From contig NC_058133.1 in assembly GCF_016433145.1 (NCBI RefSeq), positions 392,277,582 to 392,341,467 of the forward strand: a stretch of DNA of 63,886 bases, written 5' to 3'. Position 1 is the stretch's first letter; each line of letters begins with the position of its first letter. Shown piece after piece: positions 1-11,875 of the stretch. Made by a program: the position numbers and the translations under genes. This stretch comes from Gracilinanus agilis. Lineage: Eukaryota. A model generated the notes under the pieces. It was given only the letters and a program-made list of their open reading frames with translations. It ran no database searches and was not told where the DNA came from.

Positions 1-227
1 CTCTTTTTCATAAATGCTGCCCTAGCCTATTCCTCATTGCTCAAGCCTAAATGTATCAAGTTTCATGTTGTCCATTTAGCTACTTGTAACCCTTAACAAA
101 TTTCAATTATAAAATCTAAAAGCTAGAAAGATTACCATGTCTCTATCCCTAAATCTTCACTTCTCCAGGCTAATTATCCCTACTGGTTTCAAATAATCCC
201 CATGGTTTTGAAAGAGAAATCGTTTTG

Positions 228-600
228 TAGAGAGAGGACTTGGGTTCAAAGCTTGCATCTAATGTTTACATTTGATTGTTCAAAAGCCTTTTAACCTAGA
301 GGGCAGGTAGGTGGCTCAGTGAGCCAGGCTGGAGATGGGAGGTCCTGAGTTCAAAATTGACCTCAGAAACTTCCTAGCTATGTGACCCAGAGCAAGTCAC
401 ATGCCCCTTTGCCTAGCCCTTACTGTTCTTCTGCCTTCAAACCAATATTCAGTATTGATTCTAAGAAGATAAGTATTAAAAAGTAAAATTAAAAAAGATA
501 TTTAACCTTCATAGCCTCAGTTTCTTCATTCATTAAAAATGAGGGAATTTGACTAAATAGCCTCTAAGGTCCCTTCCAGCTCTAGATCTATAATTCCATG
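228..600 (+). mobile_element. MIR/CORE-SINE interrupted by a younger SINE
   Basis: MIR 5' part (ggacttgggttcaaa) at ~235-297 resumes after 501 with the core gcctcagtttcttcatt and the tail aaggtcccttccagctctaga. Boundaries approximate. Confidence 0.75.
298..500 (+). mobile_element. SINE1_Mdo/MAR1-type marsupial SINE nested in MIR
   Basis: tRNA-like head gggcaggtaggtggctcagtg...gagttcaaa, A-rich tail, flanking direct repeat tttaacct (290-297 and 501-508). Confidence 0.85.
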
Positions 601-774
601 AACCTCTAAGTGTCTTCATTCATAAAATGGGGATAATTATACCTATAGCATCTGCCTCACAATACTTTTGCAAAGCTCAAATGAGATGATGAACACAGAG
701 TTTTAGAGCTCCTCACCACTATTGAATCTAGATGTGCTCCATCTTGTTTATAATTTCCTAAATTCCTCTTTCCT

Positions 775-1035
775 AGAGGCAATTAGATGAGGAAATGGAT
801 GGAGTGCTGGATGTGCACTCAGGAAGACCTGAATTCTAGCCTCCAGCACTTACTTAACTATATTACTGTGGGTAAATTGCTGCTTCACCTTGTTTCCCCT
901 TTTCCTCATCTATAATATAGATAGTCATCAGGCCTATGTCCCTGGGTTGTTGTGAAGATTAAATGAGAGAATAGTTGTAAAATGCTTTTCAAACCTTAAA
1001 GCACTCTATCAATGTTAGGTATCATTATTATTATT
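775..1035 (+). mobile_element. Near full-length MIR
   Basis: Head, core (ttcctcatctataa) and tail (gggttgttgtgaagattaaatgaga...aaagcactctat...tattatt). Confidence 0.8.
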
Positions 1036-1340
1036 AAAATGTACTGCTCAGAATTTAACACAGTATTTTAGTTATGACTAGGCCAAGACAAAATATAATA
1101 GAACTTTCCTCTTTGCAACAAAGGACACTGCATTTTTTGGTAGAACCAGTACTTTGCTAAACTCTATATTTCTGTATTAACATGAGCTATCATCATTATT
1201 TTTGTTGTGATTAAATATTTTACTTGGAAGAAACCTGAAAGATTATCTAGTCCAAGGATGCTTAATATGGGTCCATGTATACACACGTATGAAAATGTGT
1301 TGATATATATGTATGCATATATAGAGATGTATGTGTGTAT

Positions 1341-1500
1341 ACAGTAGGGCCCCCATACCTGCTGATTCAGTTATCCATGGTTAACCATGGGGGAAAAAAT
1401 GGAAAATTTGGAAAATTCCAAAATATAAAAAAATAAATAGATCATAAGTTTCAAACTGGCCAACAAGCAAATATAGACTATAACAAGGCTGCCAGTCTAG
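1341..1500 (+). mobile_element. Tc1/mariner (Tigger-like) DNA transposon end fragment
   Basis: TA followed by cagtagggcccccatacc...gttatccatgg resembles Tigger/MER2-group terminal repeats. The second end was not found. Confidence 0.4.
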
Positions 1501-1544
1501 TACATGAATCATCTCCCTTTGGGATTCCTGGAGAGAGACTGAGA

Positions 1545-2160
1545 GAGAGAATTTTGTTTGTCCTTCATTTTCAAAGAGGACCAATGACATCACAGGATGA
1601 TGTCTTGACTTGTGCGTGAATTGTATTTAAGTGAGGCAAAGTTGCACAAAATTGCTGGCCTCACTCTCTCTTTCAGAGTCATTGAAGTCAGTGACAAAAC
1701 AAATCATGATGACTAGTATGCAATGGGATGCACTCTGACGCAATGGATGACTTGAGTATTTTGATGTCTGACAAGACTCCAAATATTCCACAGCACCTGC
1801 TTCAATTATCTTCATGGTCATTGGAACAAATTTCTGATGTGCACATTGTGCCAGGGAAAGTCTTTATATGCTTGGGGTAAACACCCTCTAACTCATCAAT
1901 TTTTATGTTCCATCAGTTACCCTTGAGAAGATTTATTCCTAATGCTGTGTCATTATTTCCAAGAGAACTCAGTACTTTTCAAACCTCTTTCTTTATTCCT
2001 TTGATTTAGGAATGTACCTTACATTCCCTTTCCCAAAGAAGCTTTTAAAATTAGGATTACTAAGATTGAGAATCTAAGATTCATCCATTAGAGTAAACAA
2101 ATCTGGCATTAGCCAAATATGTCTGGAGTCCTCCCGTTGGGGTGAATGGAGAATGTCTGT
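1545..2160 (-). mobile_element. Marsupial RTE-related SINE-like element (WALLSI-type)
   Basis: tgtttgtccttcattttcaaagaggaccaatgacatcac...gaattgtatttaagtgagg is the reverse complement of the element end at 8950-9035. Family name from recollection. Confidence 0.65.
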
Positions 2161-2530
2161 CTTAAACAGGCATAACTTGATTTCTTCATCTCAATATTGG
2201 AATCTTACTATCAGGCATGTGTGATTTTCCAATCTTCATGACAGAGATCAGAGAACAACAGGAAAAATATTGGCCCACCTCCTCAAAAGATATCCACCAA
2301 TTAGAGATACTGTAGGCTGTCTAGGGAGGACTAAATAATGAGCTTCCAAAATTGTACTTAATGACTTAAGACTCTGAATGAAATATCTCTGGTTACTAAA
2401 CCTTAGACCATTGATTTATTATTTGCCAGCTAATTAATAAATTGATTTTTTACAACCAGAAACTTTTGTCTCAGAAATTTCTTCTATTACCCCCTCAATT
2501 TGGTTTAAACCATCTGCCAGATGATTTTAC

Positions 2531-2675
2531 CAGAGTATGTGGCCGCTGGGCATGTTGCAGCTTCTTAGAGCTGCAAGTAGAGCTGAGTGCCAGGTGGACA
2601 CTAAAAGTGAGGGAGCACCTCTGAAAAGGGCTCAGCAAACCCTCACACCAAAGGTGCTAGTCCTCCATGAACACC
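2531..2675 (-). other. Candidate spliced exon (145 nt); non-coding, or 5' UTR plus start codon
   Basis: Minus strand: acceptor ctctctctttctctttcag|GG and donor CTG|gtaaaa. All three frames have early stops. The 3' end has AAC ATG CCC AGC GGC CAC ATA CTC TG (MPSGHIL). Locally GC-richer and non-repetitive. No gene recognised. Confidence 0.25.
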
Positions 2676-2899
2676 CTGAAAGAGAAAGAGAGAGCACATT
2701 ACCACATAATAATGTACAATGTACTTTATTATGTTAAAGTTAGTAATGTCTTGCTGTATGTTTAATTCATCAATTAAACTTTATTATATATGTATACAAG
2801 AAAATCACATTATGTATGGAGTTAGCAGATATTTGCTTATATCTTCAATTTCAGTAATCCATGATGGATCTTAGAATGTATCCCATACACATATGGGGA

Positions 2900-3160
2900 T
2901 CTATATCTATATATGTATGTATAGGCACATGTATGTTTACACACACATATATATACACATATAAAAGCACACAATATATTACATATACTATACACAAACA
3001 CACACATATTTAGAGAGAGAGCTATATTTCAATATAATTAGTTTCCTGTGTAATTCCATACATTTTATTTTAAGCATTTAAAAACATTATTCTGGGAAAG
3101 GGTCCATACTTTTCAGCACACAAAGATGGCTCAAGATAAACACACAAAAGATTAAGAACT
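2900..3160 (+). mobile_element. hAT-Charlie-like non-autonomous DNA transposon (degraded)
   Basis: Shares tttcaatataattagtttcctgtgtaat...cattttatttt...ttaagaac with the TSD-flanked element at 17236-17489. Confidence 0.55.
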
Positions 3161-3321
3161 TTATTTTTATTTTTTTTGTTTACTATTTTCCTTTCTTTTT
3201 AGGTTTTTTTTGTTTAGGTAGAAATAGAGTTATTTGACTTTAAATCTTATTTGTTAGAGTATTTAAAAAATTATACACAAGAATACCTTCATGCTGTGGA
3301 ATGGTTTATTTATTGTAAGAG

Positions 3322-3527
3322 GTTGTTTTTTTTAAACCCTTATCTTCTGTCTTAGAATCAATACTACATATTGGTTCCAAAGCAGAAGAGTGGTAAGGGC
3401 TAGGCAATGGGGGTTAAGTGACTTGCCCAGGGTCACACAGCTAGGAAGTGTCTGAGGCCAGATTTGAACCTAGGACCTCCTGTTTCTAGGCCTGACTCTC
3501 AATCCACTGAGCTACCTACCTGCCCCC
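3322..3527 (-). mobile_element. SINE1_Mdo-type SINE
   Basis: Full minus-strand SINE. TSD tattgtaagag (3311-3321) and tatcgtaagag (3528-3538). Confidence 0.9.
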
Positions 3528-4680
3528 TATCGTAAGAGTTTAAAGAACAGAGCATAATTTTTTTCTTAAAAGTTCTTAAATTTTGAAACGGAAACATTGA
3601 TCTAAAATGTTGTTAAATTAATTTTCAAAGACAAATAAATTTGTCTAAGAAGAAAGTGAGACCCATTTAAGCTTAATAGTTGCTACACTTATACCTATAG
3701 AAAAGCCTGGCTTTTTAATACTTTTAAAAATACTTTTAAATATTTATAATAAATCTAAATCCTATCTGTTTGGGTTGCACTTTTAAGAGACAATCATAGA
3801 ACTTGTCAAAATATTAGAATATTAGTTCAAACCTTTCATTTTACAGATGAAAGAACTGAGACCCAGAGAAGAAAAGGGATTTCCCTAAGATCATACAGCT
3901 TATAGCACAGCTAGGACAATGATTGTAGCCCTGCCTGTGGTCTTTGTACCATACCATTTTGCTTCATGGATGTTTCCCAGTGGAAGTCATTCATTCTTTC
4001 ATTCTTTCAATCTAGTACAAAGAAAATGTAACCTTTTGGGCATATATTCAGTTCTTCAACAGTAACTCCACCTGTGTGTCAAATATGATTATCATTTCAA
4101 CAACAGCAAACTCTTTCATCAGATTTCAAGTGCTGAACCAAAGAGATTGTTTTGCTCTCTTGCTTTTTGTCTGAGCATAAAAACAAAATCCTCAGTGACT
4201 AACAGTCTCTTCCTCAAATTATGAAACCGATTAAGACCTGAAAGAAAGCTTAATGCTCATCTACTCTAATTCTCTTATTTTGCAGACGTGGAAACTGAGG
4301 TCCAGAGTGATTGCTCGAGGTTAAATGGGAAATCAATGGCAGAGCCAAAGATTTAACCCCAAACCAGGGCTCTTTCTGTAACTCATTTGACCTTTCTTAA
4401 TAACATCTTGTTACCTGGACCCCTCCAAATGCTGAATTAGGATTTATACCCTGAGCTGTAATGTTTTTAATAAGCAGAGTGACTTTTAACAGAGAAAAAT
4501 AAAAACAAATGCTAGTGCCAAGATGAGGAACTTGGTAATTAGGGAAACAGTGGGGGAAGCACAGAATGAGTATTGCCAATGAGAAAGATTACTTACTGTA
4601 CTAAAAATTCCTTTCAGGGCATCAAATCTCTTTGGAAACACAATTTCAGATCTTTCTAAGCTTATTCTTTTTTTTTTCCT

Positions 4681-5025
4681 TTTTAAACCCTTACTTTCTG
4701 TCTAGTAATAATTCTTTTAAAAATTTATCTTTATTTTATTCTGATAACAAATTTTCATGTTTTCCAAAGTTACATGATTCATATTGCCTCCCTTCCCTCT
4801 TCCCTCATCCTTCCTGGAATTGACAAGCAATTCCCCTGGGTTATACATGTATTGTCACTTAATAATGATAAGTAATGATAAGAAAGAAAAGCAAGGCCTA
4901 GGCAAACAGAGTTAAGTGACTTGCTCAGGATCACACAACTAGAGAGTTTCCGAGGCTAGATTTTGAAACCAGAGTCTCCTGACTCTAGGCCTGGTGTTCT
5001 GTCCACTATGACACCTCGCTGCCAC
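4681..5025 (-). mobile_element. Older marsupial SINE interrupted by an L1 3' fragment (~4717-4860)
   Basis: SINE tail aaacccttactttctgtctagtaataattct is split from aagaaagaaaagcaaggcctaggcaaac by L1 3'UTR-like sequence (ttttccaaagttacatgattc...gacaagcaattcccctgggttatacatgt). Confidence 0.65.
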
Positions 5026-5084
5026 CTAGGCTTATTCTTAACTATTTGTTCCATGGCAGAGAGATTAGGTATCATTTACTTTAT

Positions 5085-5900
5085 TGGCTATAGGACATTT
5101 TTAAATATTTATTCATTTAGAAGATTTTTCCATGGTTGCATGATTTATGTTCTTTTCTTCCCTTCTTCCTTCCCTCCTCAAGTAATTCCACTGGTTGTAC
5201 ATGTATTATATTGCTCATAGTATTTATATTTGCAATAGAGTTATCTTTTAAAACAAAACCCCCCTATCAAATACCCTCATAACCACATGATGAATCATAT
5301 GTTTTTGTTCTGCAATTCAACTCCCACAGTTTTCTCTCTAGATGTGGATATCATTCTTTCTCATAAGTTCCTCAGGATTGTCCTAGATCACTGAAATGCT
5401 GCTATAAGGAATTTTTTAAAAATTTAAACTATTATTATTTTAAGCTTTGTAATTTTTTTCTATATTACATCAATGCAATTTGCAATAATCATTTTCTGAC
5501 ATTTTATAATCCGTGTTCTCCCCCGCTCTCTTATCTCTTTCTCTTGACCAAGATGGCAAGTAAGATTATGTCGGTTGTACATGTGTTACTATACAATGTA
5601 TATTTCTAGACTCATGATGTTGTGAAGGAAGACAAAATTACTTATAATGGAGAAAATTTCATGGAGGAGACAAAGTGAAGAAGGCATGCTTCAATCTGCA
5701 TTCAGGCTCTGTCATCAGTTCCTTCTATGGCAGTGGATAGCCTTTATCATCATTCATCCCTTGAAGTTGTCCTGCATCCTTGTACTGTTGAGAACGGCTA
5801 AGTCATTCACTGTTGATTATGGTCCTTTATTGCTGTCGTCATGTTCAATATTATCCTGGTTTTTGCTCATTTCACTTTGCATCACTTCAGATGTCTTTCC
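5085..5900 (-). mobile_element. Two adjacent L1 3'-end fragments (~5085-5410 and ~5455-5900)
   Basis: Marsupial L1 3'UTR motifs ttttccatggttgcatgatt, tctctagatgtggatatcattctttctcataag and ttcaatctgcattcag. Confidence 0.75.
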
Positions 5901-6334
5901 AGGTCCTCTATAGGGCATTTTTTCTTGGGCATTTTAATAATCCTAAATCCTATGTGTTCGGGATGCACTTTTAAGAGGCAATTAATTATATGACTTGCCA
6001 AAACAATACTGTTAGAAATGGAAGTAGCGTTTGAATGAAAAGGCATGACACTGCCCTCAGGTTTCATAGCTCTATCAAAATGTAAGTCTAAATTGTGTGT
6101 TTAATGACCTAATGAGGACAGACTAAAACTGTCCCTTCTTTATCTAATTGAAAGTGCAGGTGCTGATGGCTACACTAATTTCTCGAAACAAATCCAGTGT
6201 CAGAGCATGTTAATCAGACTTATCCTTTAAGCTTAAAGAAGACTTTTTTCTGAGTGCTGTTCCCTGGCACACCAAGCAGTTAGTGCCTGCAACACCTCCA
6301 AAAAGAGTATTATTACTTTCTTTTGTAGATGCGT

Positions 6335-6565
6335 AGGGAAGCAGCTTAGCCTAGTAGATAGGGAGCTGGCTTTGAATTCAGATAAGTGAAGGGCTAAATC
6401 CCACCCCTGATATACTAACCATAGGACCCTACGTAAGTCTCATAATTTGTGAATGCCTCCAGAAACTCCCTTAAACTATAAACTGCAAAGGTCAGGATGA
6501 TTTGTATTAGTAGATAGAATTTCTTTACTTGGAATTTTCTATCCTAGTAAAACCACAGGTGAAAA
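6335..6565 (+). mobile_element. Marsupial CORE-SINE with non-MIR tail
   Basis: tRNA-like head gggaagcagcttagcctagtagatag and tail aactcccttaaactataaactgcaaagg...aaaaccacaggt. A related copy lies at 19920-20310. Confidence 0.55.
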
Positions 6566-8109
6566 CTAAAATTAATATATTCATATACACACATATAATA
6601 TCTAAAAATATACATAATCTATAACTATATTAACATATGAACACACACAACACACAAATATCTATTCATATGTACACACATATAGACTATGTGAATATGT
6701 ACATATATGAACATATACACATATTTGTATCGTTATAGAGATATATAGGGAAGAGATTGTTTTACTTCTATGAAAACTATGCATCCTCGTGCAGCACAGT
6801 GTATAACACCTAGTAGGGACTTAATGTTTATTTACTGATTGGTTAAAATGAGTCTCAATCTAATACAATGCTCAGCAGTTTTTTGAGTTATGCTGTAGAG
6901 TCTGTGGAATTCTGGGAACTGTCTCAGCCTTGCTTTATTTTTTTTCCAACATCTTGCTGTGGCAACTACTAAAAGCCAGAGTCCCTTGCTTCTAGGACGT
7001 CTATACCCCCAACCTAGGAAGTCAAAAAAAGCTCGCATATTCCTAATTTTATGCTTCATATGTTTTCAAAATAAAATTCCCTCCAAGGATGGGAATGCAC
7101 AGAAGGAGAAATGACAGGTGATGGAAATAGTGCCAAGTAATAAATCAGGGAACCATGATGTGGTCTTTGAAGGCCAAGGTGATGCATTTTTTGAAACATA
7201 TAATCCTGCTTAAAAAGAAAAAAAGCTCTCCCTGTAGCTTGAAGCTCTGGAGAGCCTGGCATGTCACACAGCTAGGCTTTCTGCAACAGGCAATTGAATG
7301 GTTGGGTGGGGACAGACAGTAGGTGACTCAGAGGAACTATTCTTCTCAAGAAGTCCTCTACATAAACAAGTTCAAGTTTGGTCTTGCTACACATGAAGAG
7401 GAACAGAAAGGAGGAGGAAGAGTTCTTAATAACCACTGCCCTATGTTGAAATGTACTGAAGAGGGACTTCCTATCCTAATGTAAGAAGATTGCAAACATT
7501 CTCAGTACCTGAGTCATAAGAACCTAAACTTGCAGAGCTGTAGTACGTTAGGAGAAAGAAAAGGATGAATGGTGCCTGTTGCTAAAAGGGGGCAGTAGAG
7601 ACATGGACAAATTGGTCTTCCAATCTATAAACAAACCAGAACTGAAGTTCAGCTGAGCCTGCCTCACAAATAAACATTTGTGTGTTGGGTCCCAGTCTGT
7701 GAAAACAGGTCATTTCTTGAAAGAGAATCAAAACACAGATCACATTGTTCACCCCAAGAAAAAATCAAAGGGATCCTAAGAAAGGAGATAGAGGTTTCAG
7801 TATGGCAAGTGAGTTAATCCCTCACAAGCCCCCATGAAAGATTTACATGCTAGCGCCCTGGCCAAACCTAATTCAGTGGAATTTATGGGTAATCTAAGTG
7901 TTGAAGGATAGGATGAACATTTGTTTTACTAGTGGTATATGATCACAGTCATGATGCGCAATGATATTTCAGAGTAAAAGAGCCCATAGAGTACCAGAGC
8001 TAAATCCATGAATCCATTTTTGCCTCCACTTATCATACTTAGCCAACTTCAAGGCTCTGATCAAATGCCATCTCCTCCAAGAAACATTTTGATTTCTCCA
8101 TTCTTTAGT

Positions 8110-8240
8110 GGTTTGTTGTTCTTGTTCATTCAGTTGTATCTAATTCTTCCTGACTCTGAGGATCACGGCATGCCAATTTTGTCCATGAGTTTTGTGGCAA
8201 AGATATTGGAGTGGTTTTCTGTGCTACCACATTCATTTAT
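8110..8240 (-). mobile_element. MAR1 SINE 3' (RTE-like) tail
   Basis: ttgttgttcttgttcattcagttgtatc...ttgtggcaaagatattggagtggttt. Confidence 0.7.
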
Positions 8241-8249
8241 GCTTCCCTT

Positions 8250-9035
8250 GAGTGGGGGAGGGTGTGTGGGGTGTTCAGGGAGAACTAGCACTTCTTTATT
8301 TTCTATTTTGCGCATTTATTTATTTATTGATTTTTAACCCTTACCTTCCATCCTGGACACTGTGTACTGGTTCCAAGGCAGAAGAGTGGTTAGGGCTATG
8401 CAATGGGGGGTTAAGCTACTTGCTCAGAGTCACACAAGTAAGAAGTGACTGAGGCCAAATTTGAACCCAAGACCTCCTGTCTCTGGGCCTGGCTCTCAAT
8501 CTACTAAGCAACCTAACTGCCCCCTAGAACTAGACTTCTGCTTTGAGGATTTTCTGAGCCCCTTTTCAGGGTTGCTCAATCCACTTTTGATGTCTACCTT
8601 TCACCCAACTTTCACCTCTAATTCCAAGTAAAACAATTGAGGTAGGTTAGCTAAACCAACTTGAGGGGAACTGACAGGCCTAAAACCAATTGGTAAATTA
8701 GAAGAATGTCTGTCCTAAGCAAATGAAGACTTCCTCCAGCAAAATGAGTGGATGAGAACAATTTGTTTAAATAGCCATGAAAATGGCTGAATCAGATGCT
8801 GTGGAGCTCTTAAAGCTTGGTCAGACATGGAAGATGCTAGCATCATCCACTGCACCCCATGCCATCCCTGTCATCTTGACTTTTGTTTTGCCATTGGACT
8901 TTAATAACTAGAAAAGAGAGTAAGGCCAATGGCTTTGTATATTTCTGACTCACTTAAATCTAATTCACAAGCAAGTCAAGATACACCCTGTGATATCAGT
9001 GGGTTTCTTCAAAAATGAAGGGCAAACAACAACAA
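8250..9035 (+). mobile_element. Marsupial RTE-related SINE-like element (WALLSI-type), with a SINE inserted in its 5' part
   Basis: Ends cacttaaatctaattcacaagcaagtcaagatacaccctgtgatatcagtgggtttcttcaaaaatgaagggcaaacaacaac. Same family as 1545-2160, opposite orientation. Confidence 0.65.
8296..8525 (-). mobile_element. SINE1_Mdo-type SINE
   Basis: Full SINE. Degenerate TSD agaactagcacttct (8281-8295) and agaactagacttct (8526-8539). Confidence 0.85.
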
Positions 9036-9074
9036 AATAACTGGAGTGGGGATGCATGTATATATATATATATG

Positions 9075-9106
<32 letters not shown>

Positions 9107-9424
9107 CATGTATATTATTTAATTTACTTATCTGTGTGCATGTTGTTTCTCCCAGGAGAATGTAAACTCCTTGAGGTTAGGGACTCTTTCCTTTTTGTCT
9201 TCATATTGTCAGTGTTTTTTTTTTAATTTTTTTAATTTAAATTTTTAATTCCACTTAGATTATGGGAGTAACTATACTTCCTCTGGGAGATGAAGGGACT
9301 TGCTAGTGAGTTTACTATAAATATAGATAGTTTAATCTCTAATCTAATGTAAATATAGTTTAATATCTAATCTAATCTAATATCTAATAATAGGTTAAAA
9401 ATAATGATAAAATATGCTTACTTC

Positions 9425-9587
9425 ATGTTTTAGTAACAATTCTAAGATAGAAGGGTGATGGCTAAGCAAATAGTACTAAATGACTTGCTTAGGGTCACAC
9501 AGGAATTGTCTGTGACCAGATTGGAATCCAGGTCCTCCTAACTCCAGACCTAGACCTCTGTCTACTGAGCCACCCAGCTACTCTCTA
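9425..9587 (-). mobile_element. Older SINE1/MAR1-type SINE
   Basis: tagtaacaattctaagatagaagg...tgacttgcttagggtcacacag...ctactgagccacccagctac. Confidence 0.8.
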
Positions 9588-9950
9588 GTTAAGATTCTCT
9601 TAAGATACTGCATGGACTTTAGAAGTTTCCATTTTTTGTTGTTTTTCTAGTAAATCCACCTCAAATATATATGTACAAAATCTAGAAGAGGATCCTGAGG
9701 ATATAGGAGCCTTTTCATGGAAAAAAGATTCAGTATTTTCCCAAGTTCAAGTTGCAGAACAACCATCAGTACATTTGAGCCAAAATGGCCTGCTAACACC
9801 AATTTTACAGCAGCATCCTAATCCACAGTTCTAACTTTGTTTAATTTTGTCCAAGGTGTAAGCTTTTACCCCAGAAGGTTCTTTCAAGGTAATACTGTCA
9901 GAATTTCCTCTCCAGAGTCATTCTTAGCAACTGAACATTGGTAAGTAAGC

Positions 9951-10527
9951 TCAATTATTAAGTCAAAGCTTAGTTTCTCTTTTGACTTTGAACAACTGAG
10001 GTCTTTTCATTGGAACTGAAAGATCTATATTCAATGTCTCAAGCACAGACAAGGATGGAGAAGAGAAAGATTGCTTCTTTGGCTAGTTTAATAATCTAAT
10101 ATCAGTTTCATGGGAAGAAGTCTTGTTTGAGGCCAGGGGGCTCCAGAACATCATCATTTTCATCCTGCCTGGAATTCTTGTTTAAGGACTGCCACACAGA
10201 AATTACGTAGCTTCCTAGTGAAGGGCCTTCCATTCTCAACACCACATGCCTCTTGCAGATTCTCTGTTATAAACTGCTCCAGGAAAGAATTCTTATCAAA
10301 TAGTTCTGTCTTCAATTGATCTTGCCTCAGTATGACTCCATTCTCCTGATAGTCTTGGATTTCTGTATCCTTCAGCTGAAGCAAAGAAGCCAGCTCTCTC
10401 ATCTGGCATCCCAGTACCAGACTCTCTTGCCCATAGAGTGACAGATGAGGTGCTAGGACATCAAGAAAGGCACATTGGAAATTCTAGTGGAAGAGCAGAT
10501 TGGAGAACTCTGAATGTGCGTGATTAG
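9951..10527 (-). pseudogene. NHEJ1: Processed, 5'-truncated NHEJ1 (XLF/Cernunnos) retropseudogene, ~aa 104-299 in human numbering
   Basis: ORF 10160-10402 (MRELASLLQLKDTEIQDYQENG...LKTELFDKNSFLEQF...EACGVENGRPF...AVLKQEFQAG) aligns without gaps to recalled human XLF 150-229 ([22 protein letters not shown]...LKTEPFEENSFLEQF...EACSIGDGKPF...AVTTQEVQVG), 45/80 identical. Upstream, LFH*NFQC and S*HLICHSMG match LPFYWNFHC and SQHLIRPLMG, with stops at 10484-10486 and 10453-10455 and frameshifts. Downstream, PMKRPQLFKVKRETKL*LNN* matches [20 protein letters not shown]. No introns. The 3' UTR probably continues toward ~9630. Confidence 0.92.
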
Positions 10528-10639
10528 AAAGTGTTTAGTTAATGCTTAATGAACATACCTCAATCCATCAAAAGCAGAGAATACATTTATAAAATGTCCA
10601 CTAACTCTGCTATGATTTTATTTTCTTCCTACATTTTAC

Positions 10640-10850
10640 CCCAACAAATTTATCCTATTTTATGTAATTATTTTATTTTTCAAAAGAAATTATATAATGT
10701 AAACAGTACATGTTTGCTTGATTTTTTTTTAGTCACAATTGCCAAATACCTTCTTTCCTCATAGGAAAAATCACCTGAGTGCAAAAGAATTTAATTTATC
10801 ATGAATATTTAGTAGAAATGAATATATTGATCTCTAATTCAACTTCAAAA
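10640..10850 (-). mobile_element. L1 3'-end fragment
   Basis: AT-rich L1 3'UTR-like sequence (aacagtacatgtttgcttg). Confidence 0.45.
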
Positions 10851-11029
10851 TTCTGGAAATGGACACATACACATATACACATATAAACATAAATATATGA
10901 ATGTATATAATAAGTATATATGTAGATATAAAACTATAATGACATGTAACTATATAACTATAAACTATAACTAAAACTCTCTCTCTACATCTATATATAT
11001 ATGCACATATATATGTACATTTACTCTTA

Positions 11030-11167
11030 TTTTTTAAACCCTTATCATCTGTCTTAGAATCAATACTGTGTATTGGTTCCAAGGCTGAAGAGAAGTAAGA
11101 GCTAGGCAATGGGGATTAGGTGACTTGTTCATGGTCATACAATTAGGAAGTATCTGAGGCCAGATCT
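11030..11167 (-). mobile_element. SINE1_Mdo-type SINE truncated by an assembly gap
   Basis: aaacccttatcatctgtcttagaatcaatactg...ggaagtatctgaggccagatct, then Ns. Confidence 0.85.
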
Positions 11168-11554
11168 NNNNNNNNNNNNNNNNNNNNNNNNNNNNNNNNN
11201 NNNNNNNNNNNNNNNNNNNNNNNNNNNNNNNNNNNNNNNNNNNNNNNNNNNNNNNNNNNNNNNNNNNNNNNNNNNNNNNNNNNNNNNNNNNNNNNNNNNN
11301 NNNNNNNNNNNNNNNNNNNNNNNNNNNNNNNNNNNNNNNNNNNNNNNNNNNNNNNNNNNNNNNNNNNGCCACTGTGATTCCTTTGATTGGTCATTTCTTC
11401 TAGGACCTCAGTCNNNNNNNNNNNNNNNNNNNNNNNNNNNNNNNNNNNNNNNNNNNNNNNNNNNNNNNNNNNNNNNNNNNNNNNNNNNNNNNNNNNNNNN
11501 NNNNNNNNNNNNNNNNNNNNNNNNNNNNNNNNNNNNNNNNNNNNNNNNNNNNNN
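11168..11554. other. Assembly gaps 11168-11367 and 11414-11554, with a 46-bp island between them
   Basis: Runs of N seen directly. Confidence 0.99.
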
Positions 11555-11719
11555 CAAGTGAAAAGATAAATGAAAGAGAAAATGGAACTGTTGTCATTTG
11601 TTCAAAATTGATATATGAAGGAAGGTCTATGTCCTAACCTCCTCTCAACAAAATTTATTGTTGCTTTTTTCCATGTGGAAAATAAATATTTTCCTATTAG
11701 ATGTTGTTATCCTTTGGAG

Positions 11720-11875
11720 AGTAGCATAGGAGGACCATTGAATTTGGAATCCCAGCTCTGTTACTATATACATGACCCAGGGTAAGTTGCTTCACAGTTC
11801 TGGGCCTTGTTTCCCTCTTCTAGAAAACAAATGGACAAGATAATCTCCTAGATCTTTTCTAATTCCAAATTCTAA
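11720..11875 (+). mobile_element. MIR/MIR3 fragment
   Basis: ggaatcccagctctgttacta...gggccttgtttccctcttctagaaa...ttctaattccaaattcta. Confidence 0.65.

Noticed and set aside
9951-10527. Functional NHEJ1 gene
   Set aside because: In-frame stops, frameshifts, no N-terminal head domain and no introns.
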